DNA of 64,000 nucleotides. It comes from an uncultured Clostridia bacterium (GTDB taxonomy: Bacteria > Bacillota > Clostridia > Christensenellales > Borkfalkiaceae). The stretch's first letter is position 1; every line of letters begins with the position of its first letter. The position numbers were made by a program, and so were the translations under genes. Below, in pieces: positions 27,753 through 34,692 of this stretch. Location: assembly GCA_947174415.1 (NCBI GenBank), contig CAMWIW010000007.1, positions 4,557-68,556 of the forward strand, given 5' to 3'. The notes beneath the pieces are model-generated. The model was given only the letters and a program-made list of their open reading frames with translations, had not been told where the DNA came from and ran no database searches.

Positions 27753-28556
27753 ATGGTTTATTTTGTGTCAACACCGATAGGGAATTTAAAGGATATTTCC
27801 TTGCGCGCTTTGGAAGTTTTAAAGGGGGCAGACGTCATATTCTGTGAGGATACGCGTCATTCTTTAAAGCTTTTAAACGCTTACGAGATAAAAAAGCCGC
27901 TTTACTCCTGCCACAAGTTCAACGAGCGGGAGGCGGCCGAAAAAATTATTGCTGCATCAAAAGAGGGTAAGGAAGTTGCGGTAATATCGGATGCGGGCAT
28001 GCCCGTTATATCCGACCCCGGTAACGTCGTATGCAGAGCGTTAAAAGAGGCGGGAGTTTCTTATACGGTTATTCCCGGGGCAAACGCTGCGCTTTCCGCG
28101 CTGATACTTTCTGCGTTTCCCGCCGATAAATTTGCATTTATAGGTTTCCTTCCCGACAAGGCGGGAGAAAGAAAGAGGCTGCTTGAAAAGTACAAAAATT
28201 TAGACTTAACGCTTATTTTTCACGTTGCCCCGCAAGACGTAGACCCCCATATATGCGCCATTTTTGAGGTTTTCGGGGAGAGAAACGCTTGCGCAGTGCG
28301 AGAAATTACCAAAATGCACGAGGAAGCAACGGCTTTTAAGCTCTCAGAAGGGTTAAAAGGTGAAAAACGCGGCGAATTCGTGTTGATAGTTGAAGGTGCG
28401 TCGGCAGAAAACCCTTTGAATGAATTAACAGAAAAAGAGCATTTGTTGCGCTATATATCGGGGGGAATGGACAAAAAAGAGGCAATAAAGCAGGTTGCGA
28501 AGGACAGAGGAGTGCCAAAGTCCGAAATATATAAAATAGCGTTGGATATAGACTAA
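27753..28556 (+). CDS. rsmI: 16S rRNA (cytidine1402-2'-O)-methyltransferase RsmI
   Basis: MVYFVSTPIGNLKDISLRALEVL is the typical RsmI N-terminus. The track start at 27714 adds 13 unlikely residues. Confidence 0.85.
   Translation: MVYFVSTPIGNLKDISLRALEVLKGADVIFCEDTRHSLKLLNAYEIKKPLYSCHKFNEREAAEKIIAASKEGKEVAVISDAGMPVISDPGNVVCRALKEAGVSYTVIPGANAALSALILSAFPADKFAFIGFLPDKAGERKRLLEKYKNLDLTLIFHVAPQDVDPHICAIFEVFGERNACAVREITKMHEEATAFKLSEGLKGEKRGEFVLIVEGASAENPLNELTEKEHLLRYISGGMDKKEAIKQVAKDRGVPKSEIYKIALDID
28238..28269 (+). repeat. C5-ATATG repeat core inside rsmI
   Basis: cgtagacccccatatatgcgccatttttgagg, encoding DPHICAIFE. Confidence 0.5.
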
Positions 28557-28562
28557 ATGAAA

Positions 28563-28592
28563 AGGCGAGCGGGCAGTATGCCCGCTCGCCTT
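28563..28592. terminator. Bidirectional terminator between rsmI and mnmA
   Basis: aggcgagcgggc agta tgcccgctcgcct. Confidence 0.75.
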
Positions 28593-28606
28593 CAATTATT
28601 AATGCA

Positions 28607-29680
28607 TCATTTATAAACTTCTTCGATAACGCCGCCGCCGAGACAGAAAGTTTCGTTGTAGAATACGGCGTACTGCCCTTCGGTAACTGCGCGTTGCGGT
28701 TCGGCAAACTCTACGAGAGCCGTGTCGCCTTCAAGTTTAACATTAACTTTCTGTTCAGGTTGACGGTATCTGAATTTGGCCGTGCAATTCTGCGTTAGTT
28801 GAGGAATATATCCTATCCAATTGAGGTTCGATACCCTGCAAGCCTTCGAATAGAGCGGAGCTTCGTCCCCATGGGAAACGTATAAAATGTTATGCTTTAA
28901 ATCTTTTCTGACTACGAACCACCTGCCCTCTTCGCCGCGCTTACCGCCAAGGTCAAGCCCCTTGCGCTGTCCTAAGGTGTAGTACATAAGTCCAATGTGC
29001 TCACCGACCGTCTCGCCGTCGAGGGTAACTATTTTGCCCGACTGTGCCGGCAAATATGTTTGCAGAAATTTGCGGAAGTTTCTTTCGCCTATAAAACAAA
29101 TTCCCGTGCTGTCCTTCTTCTTTGCCGTGGCAAGTCCAGTTTCTTCGGCAATTTTGCGCACTTCGGTTTTGGGCAGATCGGCAAGCGGGAAGAGAACGTT
29201 CGCAAGCTGTTCCTCGCGAACCTGATTTAAAAAATACGTTTGGTCCTTGCTGCCGTCGGCTGCCTTTTTAAGGCGATGTCTGTCGTTAGCGTGCTCAATG
29301 CCGCAATAGTGCCCCGTTGCGATAAAATCCGCGCCCATAGACAGGGCGTACTCGCGGAAAGGACCAAACTTAATCTCTCTGTTGCATAGAACGTCGGGGT
29401 TTGGCGTTCTTCCCGCACGGTATTCGTCAAGGAAGTGAGAAAAAACCCGTTCCTGATACTGCGCGGCAAAGTTAACGGAATAGTAGGGAATATCGAGAGC
29501 TGCGCAAACTCTTCGCACGTCGGCAAAATCGCTTTCGGCAGAGCACGCACCGTCCTCGGAAGTTTCTTCCCAGTTCTTCATAAAAAGTCCTATTACGTTG
29601 TAGCCTAGCTTTTTAAGTAGGTAAGCCGCGACCGAAGAATCTACTCCCCCGCTCATTCCTACTACGACCGTCTTTTTCAT
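28607..29680 (-). CDS. mnmA: tRNA 2-thiouridine(34) synthase MnmA
   Basis: PP-loop VVVGMSGGVDSSVAA. Confidence 0.95.
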   Translation of the reverse strand: MKKTVVVGMSGGVDSSVAAYLLKKLGYNVIGLFMKNWEETSEDGACSAESDFADVRRVCAALDIPYYSVNFAAQYQERVFSHFLDEYRAGRTPNPDVLCNREIKFGPFREYALSMGADFIATGHYCGIEHANDRHRLKKAADGSKDQTYFLNQVREEQLANVLFPLADLPKTEVRKIAEETGLATAKKKDSTGICFIGERNFRKFLQTYLPAQSGKIVTLDGETVGEHIGLMYYTLGQRKGLDLGGKRGEEGRWFVVRKDLKHNILYVSHGDEAPLYSKACRVSNLNWIGYIPQLTQNCTAKFRYRQPEQKVNVKLEGDTALVEFAEPQRAVTEGQYAVFYNETFCLGGGVIEEVYK

Positions 29681-29743
29681 AAAATAATTATAACACGCAC
29701 GACTTCGATTTGCAATTAAAAAATTTTATGGTATAATCATTTT

Positions 29744-29926
29744 ATGTTTCTGCCTGCGGATAACTTCATTTTACTTTCCATAATTAACACCAAGCTCCGC
29801 GACGAGTATTCTTCGTTAGAAGAATTGTGCGCAGAAGAGAGCGTTTCGATTGAAGAAATCCGTAACCGTTTACACGGGCTTGGGTACGATTATTCGCCCG
29901 AACAAAACGCGTTTATGCGCGTATAA
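29744..29926 (+). CDS. DUF4250-family small protein
   Basis: LPADNFILLSIINTKLRDEYSSLEELC pattern. Confidence 0.65.
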   Translation: MFLPADNFILLSIINTKLRDEYSSLEELCAEESVSIEEIRNRLHGLGYDYSPEQNAFMRV

Positions 29927-29936
29927 CGATTTTCAC

Positions 29937-30012
29937 GCACCCGTAGTCTAACCGGATAAAACGATGGCCTCCGACGCCATAGTTGTGAGTTCGAGCCTCG
30001 CCGGGTGCACCA
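29937..30012 (+). tRNA. tRNA-Arg (anticodon CCG) with encoded CCA
   Basis: 7-bp acceptor stem GCACCCG/CGGGTGC; anticodon stem ATGGC/GCCAT with loop CT-CCG-AC; T-arm GTGAG-TTCGAGC-CTCGC; one D-stem mismatch. Confidence 0.85.
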
Positions 30013-30037
30013 ACAGGTAATCAGTCGAACTTATTTG

Positions 30038-30071
30038 TAAATTCAAATGAGTTACGACTGATTATTTATTT
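30038..30071 (+). repeat. 34-bp perfect direct repeat, copy 1
   Basis: taaattcaaatgagttacgactgattatttattt. It is also half of a 10-bp inverted repeat, taatcagtcg (30018-30027) / cgactgatta (30054-30063). Confidence 0.9.
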
Positions 30072-30081
30072 TGCCATTTAC

Positions 30082-30112
30082 AAAAAATGAGGAGCATATG
30101 CTCCTCATTTTG
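30082..30112. terminator. Bidirectional terminator downstream of the HEPN gene
   Basis: Perfect palindrome atgaggagcat|atgctcctcat flanked by an A-run and a T-run. Confidence 0.8.
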
Positions 30113-30124
30113 TTGTGATTTATT

Positions 30125-30745
30125 TTATTTATTATTCTGCTCTATCATTTTAGATATAACCGTTTGGTCAATGTGTTTCATCATTGCTCTTTGTTTTTCC
30201 ATACTTGATACACTTATTTTAAACCATAACTGTTCATCAATTGTTGCATTTGCTAATAACATAACAGCATCACAGATTTTTTTAATGAACCCGATACCCT
30301 TATAATCAAACCCATAGTCGTGTTCAAACCAATATCTTTGTTCTACAAACCAGTTTTTAACTAGTTCTAATGATTTTAAGAATTGTTCTTCATTAATACG
30401 GCTACCTGTTTCGTATTCATAATCACACGCAACTATGTTGATAATCATAGTTTTAAGTCTGTCATCAAGACTTGTGAATAGGTCAAATAGGTCGTGCCCT
30501 CTTGGCACTTTAAACCCTAAAATCTTTTGAATTCCTTTTAAAAACAACTCACAAGAAAAAGAAATATTTACTGTGATTGCAACCACATTGTTTGCGGAAA
30601 TTTTTGGGTAATATAACTCTTTATTATCATTGAGAAAATGCGCTGATTGATAAAAGTCATAAGCGGCATTACATATATCAAAATTATTTAAAATTTGATA
30701 AGGACATTTACTACAATCTACATCTTCAATTAATTTATTTTTCAT
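30125..30745 (-). CDS. HEPN-like protein (predicted RNase fold), stand-alone
   Basis: 206 aa. ELFLKG...PRGHDLFDLF resembles the classic HEPN helix pair, and an Rx4H motif is present as RYWFEH (R137-H142). AT-rich codon usage. Confidence 0.45.
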   Translation of the reverse strand: MKNKLIEDVDCSKCPYQILNNFDICNAAYDFYQSAHFLNDNKELYYPKISANNVVAITVNISFSCELFLKGIQKILGFKVPRGHDLFDLFTSLDDRLKTMIINIVACDYEYETGSRINEEQFLKSLELVKNWFVEQRYWFEHDYGFDYKGIGFIKKICDAVMLLANATIDEQLWFKISVSSMEKQRAMMKHIDQTVISKMIEQNNK

Positions 30746-30842
30746 TACTTAAATCCTGCCTTAATTGTAAGTATTTCAACTCCCCATATTTAAATGCTTA
30801 TTATAGAGATAACCAAATTTTGAATATATCAAACGATATATA

Positions 30843-30876
30843 TAAATTCAAATGAGTTACGACTGATTATTTATTT
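30843..30876 (+). repeat. 34-bp perfect direct repeat, copy 2
   Basis: Identical 34-mer, 805 bp from copy 1, on the other side of the HEPN gene. Confidence 0.9.
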
Positions 30877-30892
30877 AAAATAATCAAATAAT

Positions 30893-30932
30893 AAAAAAGT
30901 CGAAACACTGTAAAAGTAGTTCGACTTTTTTT
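30893..30932. terminator. Bidirectional terminator after the lipoprotein gene
   Basis: aaaaaagtcgaa ... ttcgactttttt. Confidence 0.65.
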
Positions 30933-30984
30933 GACTATTATTCAGTATAAATAAAGTTAAGCAAATGTACTAATTGCTATTTAA

Positions 30985-31578
30985 TCACTCGTCAACTGTT
31001 TCATAATAGGTTACTTTACCGTGAACAAGTAACAAAAAATCGGACACGGTATAATTTTTATAAGGCAAAGTAATATCTTCATATATATTATATGTCTTTG
31101 TAAAAATGCCCTTGTCATCAAGAATAAAATCTATAAAACCACTAATATTTGTGGGTATCGCTTTCCAACGTAAATATACATCTGTAAAAATGTAATCGGG
31201 TGATTTTGATTTAGTAGTAACAGTTAATGTGGTTAAAACTGTATATGTGCTTGATAAATAAAGGCAGACCGATATATTACTGCCCGTTGGAGGAGTCGGG
31301 GAATTTATTGTATGAGGCGTACTGCTACCCAAATATTGTACATAATATGTATTATACTTAAAAGTGTTTGACTGCGAAACAGTAGTAATCTCAACATCAA
31401 GATATTCTGAGTAATTAGTTTTATCTAAACCTACTATAATTTCTTTGGTTGTTTCTTGTTGTTGAGAATTTGAAGTATCTTCATTTTCTACAGGGGTATC
31501 GTTCTTATCACAAGCAACAAACATAGGTATTATACATAAGCAAAGCCACACCAGTAATAAAGAAACTATTTTTTTCAT
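30985..31578 (-). CDS. Putative lipoprotein of unknown function
   Basis: MKKIVSLLLVWLCLCIIPMFVAC lipobox, using the ATG at 31578 with ggag upstream. Thr/Tyr-rich mature part. Confidence 0.55.
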   Translation of the reverse strand: MKKIVSLLLVWLCLCIIPMFVACDKNDTPVENEDTSNSQQQETTKEIIVGLDKTNYSEYLDVEITTVSQSNTFKYNTYYVQYLGSSTPHTINSPTPPTGSNISVCLYLSSTYTVLTTLTVTTKSKSPDYIFTDVYLRWKAIPTNISGFIDFILDDKGIFTKTYNIYEDITLPYKNYTVSDFLLLVHGKVTYYETVDE

Positions 31579-31716
31579 TTCATATCTCCAATAAACAAAA
31601 AGTGCGCCTACCGAAGTAAACGCACAAAAAACACAAACTCCGATAGTCGCCAAACTAACCGTTATCGTAAGAACTATCTAACACAATAACTAAATGGAAT
31701 TTGCATTTTTATCAAA

Positions 31717-31745
31717 TTCAATAGTTATTGTGAAAAGGGTATAAT
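31717..31745 (+). promoter_or_regulatory. Candidate orphan + strand promoter inside the islet
   Basis: ttcaat-17 nt-tataat. No + strand ORF follows. Confidence 0.3.
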
Positions 31746-31921
31746 ATACCTATAAAAACAGAAAAAGTCCTTACGAATTATTTAGTTAGCTTGGCACTAT
31801 CAATTATAATCATTTTAACAAAAAAATCAACTTCTAACTTAATTATATTTTTATTTTAATATTCTGGCACGAACTTAATAACAACAGTTCGACTTTGTTG
31901 CCGAACTGCGCACCAAAGATT

Positions 31922-31956
31922 AACAACCTCCGTTAAATCGGGGGTTGTTTTTTTAT
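31922..31956 (+). terminator. Strong + strand intrinsic terminator with no + strand gene upstream
   Basis: 11-bp stem aacaacctccg / cgggggttgtt followed by tttttatt. Confidence 0.65.
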
Positions 31957-31987
31957 TGCCGAGATTGCGGCTGAATAATAAGTTAAC

Positions 31988-32010
31988 AGCGGCGGTTGCG
32001 CCGCTTTTTT
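31988..32010 (+). terminator. Second + strand terminator abutting the recombinase stop codon
   Basis: agcggcg gtt gcgccgct followed by ttttt. Confidence 0.5.
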
Positions 32011-32611
32011 AATTCGTGCACCTTGCGTACTCTTTAACGTAGCGGTAGAAGGTGGAGGGCTTCATTTCCGTTAAGGAAAGAGCTTCGGAAATTCTTATCT
32101 TGCGGTTTACGAACGCTTTTGCGACTTCCGCAAAATTATCGGGACACGATATTTTCGGTCTGCCGAATTTCACTCCGCGAAGCTTTGCGGCTCGTATACC
32201 CTCGGCTTGGCGTGTGCGGATATTGTCCCGTTCGTTTTCCGCAACGAAAGACAAAAGCTGTAAAACGATATCGGCGATTAATTTACCTATTAAATTTTTT
32301 TCGTGGCTGCGTGTATCTAAAAGCGGCATATCGAGAACGTAAATGTCTGCACCGATTTCTTTGGTTATACGCTTCCATTCATGCAAAATTTTGTCGTAAT
32401 TTCTTCCCAACCTGTCAATGGATTTAATCACAAGCAAATCGCCTTCCCTAAGTTTTCTTACGAGGCGCTTATAATTTTTCCTTTCGAAATTTTCACCGCT
32501 CTTCTTGTCGCAGAATATGCGGTCGAAAGCTATGCCGCAGCTTTGTAGGGCGGCGTGTTGTCTTTCGAGTTTCTGATCCTTGCAAGATACTCTTGCATAA
32601 GCGTAATTCAT
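32009..32611 (-). CDS. Small serine recombinase (resolvase/invertase family)
   Basis: Catalytic N-terminus YARVSCKDQKLERQ, LVIKSIDRLGRN, and a C-terminal HTH. Confidence 0.85.
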   Translation of the reverse strand: MNYAYARVSCKDQKLERQHAALQSCGIAFDRIFCDKKSGENFERKNYKRLVRKLREGDLLVIKSIDRLGRNYDKILHEWKRITKEIGADIYVLDMPLLDTRSHEKNLIGKLIADIVLQLLSFVAENERDNIRTRQAEGIRAAKLRGVKFGRPKISCPDNFAEVAKAFVNRKIRISEALSLTEMKPSTFYRYVKEYARCTN

Positions 32612-32743
32612 TTTTTCTCCTTATGCGCTTCGCGCGCGAAACATTATTATATATATTAAAAATATTATAAACTTTTAAAATTTCCCCACAAAACAACGAA
32701 TAAAAAAATTTCCAAAACTTATACTTTTTTAAAGGATAGGGTA

Positions 32744-32772
32744 TTGACAAATTTCGCGGCGCGTGCTATACT
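32744..32772 (+). promoter_or_regulatory. Sigma-A-type promoter for the starch-locus lipoprotein gene
   Basis: ttgaca-17 nt-tatact. Leader of about 215 nt. Confidence 0.6.
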
Positions 32773-32875
32773 GTTAATAACTAAAAAAGTTTGATAAATA
32801 GTAACAATTGCCCTTTTCCAAAACGTATAGATTTTGAAAGTACGCAGAGCGAGGGCAATTCAGTTTTCCGTTTTT

Positions 32876-32889
32876 GTTAAACGGTTAAC
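32876..32889. promoter_or_regulatory. LacI-family operator candidate
   Basis: gttaaacggttaac, a 14-bp imperfect palindrome with central CG. The 13-mer gttaaacggttaa is repeated at 34663. Confidence 0.5.
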
Positions 32890-32993
32890 TAAGAAAAAGG
32901 CTAGCAAAAAGCCTAAAAAATCCGATGTTTGTGAAAAAATTACAAATTTTCAGTTTTTTCAACCGACATAAAAAAATTAAGTGAGGAAAATGT

Positions 32994-34556
32994 ATGAAAA
33001 AATCAAAGTTCTTTGTTGCTACGCTGACGGCTGCGGCGTTAGTAATAGGCAGTGGCGCGTTTGCTGCGTGCAATAACACGCCCGAAGGAGAGGGAGAAGG
33101 CGGTTCAACTACCTACGAAATCACGTTTGACGCAAACGGCGGTGCGTATGCAGGCGGCGAAACTACGGTTAAAGTGTCAACCGATACTAACGGCGTAGTT
33201 GCAGCTCAGCCTAATGCGCCCGTGCGTGAGAATTACGATTTTGTAAACTTTAACACCAAAGAAGACGGTACGGGCACTGCGGTTACGTACGGTTCTGCCG
33301 GCTACAAATTTACCGCTAACGCAACAGTATATGCGCAGTGGGTAGATGCGGAAACAGGTGAGGAATATACTATCACGCTTGATGCCGGTGAAGGCACGCT
33401 TGAAGGCGATACGTCATTAACTACTGTTAACGGCAAGCTTGCTTCGCTTCCCACTCCCACCGCACCCGAGAATAAAACTTTCTCGGGTTGGTATACGGCT
33501 GTTACGGACGGAGTAGAGGTTACCGCTGAATACTCGTTCACGGCAGACGCTACGATTTACGCTCTGTATGCAGACGATCAAGAGCCCATAGAAGCTCATA
33601 CCATAACGCTTATAGTCGGCGAGGGCGGCACGGTTGCCGAGGGCTCGAAATTAACTTACACGACGGTTAACGGCAAAATAGATTTGCCCGAAGGCGAATA
33701 TCTTCCCATACCGACCGCTAACACTGCACATTGGCACTTTATGGGTTGGTACGACAGTGAGACGGACGGCAACGAAATCGACGAAACCGAAGCAATATTC
33801 AGAGAAGACACAACTCTCTATGCGGTATACGGAAGAGATAACGGCTTATGGATCGGTGATACGTTTAAAGCAACGTTGTCCGCAAACACCGGTGCAACAC
33901 TTACAGGCGGGCTTAAAGCTGAATATTGGCTTGGCGGCGGTACGGTTGAGCTTGAAAAAGACACAGCGGTATCAATTTATTTGAATGGCAAGTTATTGCC
34001 TTTGTGGATTTCCGGAACTTACGTTGAAACGACTTCAAGCACTCAAAAGACGACTGTTGTAGTTACCGAGGACGCAAAATTTGAAATATACCTTAAAGAC
34101 TACACGTCTGCAAGCAACCCCAACAACTGGTCTGTACAGTTTGTCGGAACGGCTCTCAACGTAGACGAGTCTTCTGATATTCCCGAAGGTAGCGATGCTG
34201 TAACTATTACCGCTACTAACGGAACTCTTACGCTCTATTTCGTAACTTCTGCCGATGCGGGAGTAGGCGCGGAAGATTTCTCCAAATACGTTTTATACGC
34301 TTACAATGACGCTCTTTTCGGTGATTGGACCGGTAGCGTAACAAAAGGTGCAATGGCATCGGAAATGACCGGCGCGGGAAGCATTACGGCAACTTTCGGT
34401 CTTATCGTAAGATGGGGTTCTGGTTTCGGCAGTCAGACGGCTGACATCAAGGGCTTAGAAGCAAACGGCGCTTATATTATCAAACTGCCTGCGGCACACA
34501 ATGGTACGGCAACGGTAACTAAGCTTAATTTAGGAACAGGCGAAGTTACAGAATAA
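32994..34556 (+). CDS. Surface lipoprotein with three Listeria-Bacteroides (Flg_new-type) repeats and a C-terminal domain of unknown function
   Basis: Lipobox GAFAAC. Three roughly 70-aa repeats end in ATVYAQW, ATIYALY and TTLYAVY. Confidence 0.7.
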   Translation: MKKSKFFVATLTAAALVIGSGAFAACNNTPEGEGEGGSTTYEITFDANGGAYAGGETTVKVSTDTNGVVAAQPNAPVRENYDFVNFNTKEDGTGTAVTYGSAGYKFTANATVYAQWVDAETGEEYTITLDAGEGTLEGDTSLTTVNGKLASLPTPTAPENKTFSGWYTAVTDGVEVTAEYSFTADATIYALYADDQEPIEAHTITLIVGEGGTVAEGSKLTYTTVNGKIDLPEGEYLPIPTANTAHWHFMGWYDSETDGNEIDETEAIFREDTTLYAVYGRDNGLWIGDTFKATLSANTGATLTGGLKAEYWLGGGTVELEKDTAVSIYLNGKLLPLWISGTYVETTSSTQKTTVVVTEDAKFEIYLKDYTSASNPNNWSVQFVGTALNVDESSDIPEGSDAVTITATNGTLTLYFVTSADAGVGAEDFSKYVLYAYNDALFGDWTGSVTKGAMASEMTGAGSITATFGLIVRWGSGFGSQTADIKGLEANGAYIIKLPAAHNGTATVTKLNLGTGEVTE

Positions 34557-34575
34557 TTTTTAACAAAATTCCAAA

Positions 34576-34607
34576 CCAAAAGCTCTATCGTAAGGTAGAG
34601 CTTTTGG
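34576..34607 (+). terminator. Hairpin (12-bp stem) after the lipoprotein gene, with no clear U-tract
   Basis: ccaaaagctcta ... tagagcttttgg. Confidence 0.45.
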
Positions 34608-34662
34608 CGAAGAAAATTCATTTTTAACTTACGGGCTTTTAGCTGCCCGTAACGTTAATTTA

Positions 34663-34676
34663 GTTAAACGGTTAAT
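34663..34676. promoter_or_regulatory. LacI-family operator candidate upstream of the amylase gene
   Basis: gttaaacggttaat, 17 nt before the ATG. An adjacent taacgttaa half-palindrome lies at 34651-34659. Confidence 0.5.
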
Positions 34677-34692
34677 AGTTTTGGAGGAAATT

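Larger units (their letters stand above)
30013..32740. mobile_element. Small AT-rich islet inserted next to tRNA-Arg (HEPN protein, lipoprotein, serine recombinase)
   Basis: GC drops sharply by eye right after the tRNA 3' end. All three genes oppose the local + strand bias. A recombinase gene lies at the distal end. The right boundary is approximate. Confidence 0.55.

Noticed and set aside
31905-31915. gcaccaa, matching the tRNA-Arg 3' end, considered as the distal att repeat of the islet.
   Set aside because: Seven nucleotides is too short to distinguish from chance.
32800-32862. Long-range inverted repeat caattgccc ... gggcaattc in the leader of the 32994 gene, considered as a decayed repeat pair or a riboswitch.
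   Set aside because: There is no ATATG core and no recognisable riboswitch consensus. It is kept only as a possible leader structure.
32928-32946. Rex-box-like sequence tttgtgaaaaaattacaaa upstream of the starch lipoprotein gene.
   Set aside because: The right half-site deviates at 2-3 positions from TTCACAA, and the context (a starch gene) does not fit Rex regulation. It is probably chance in an A/T-rich leader.
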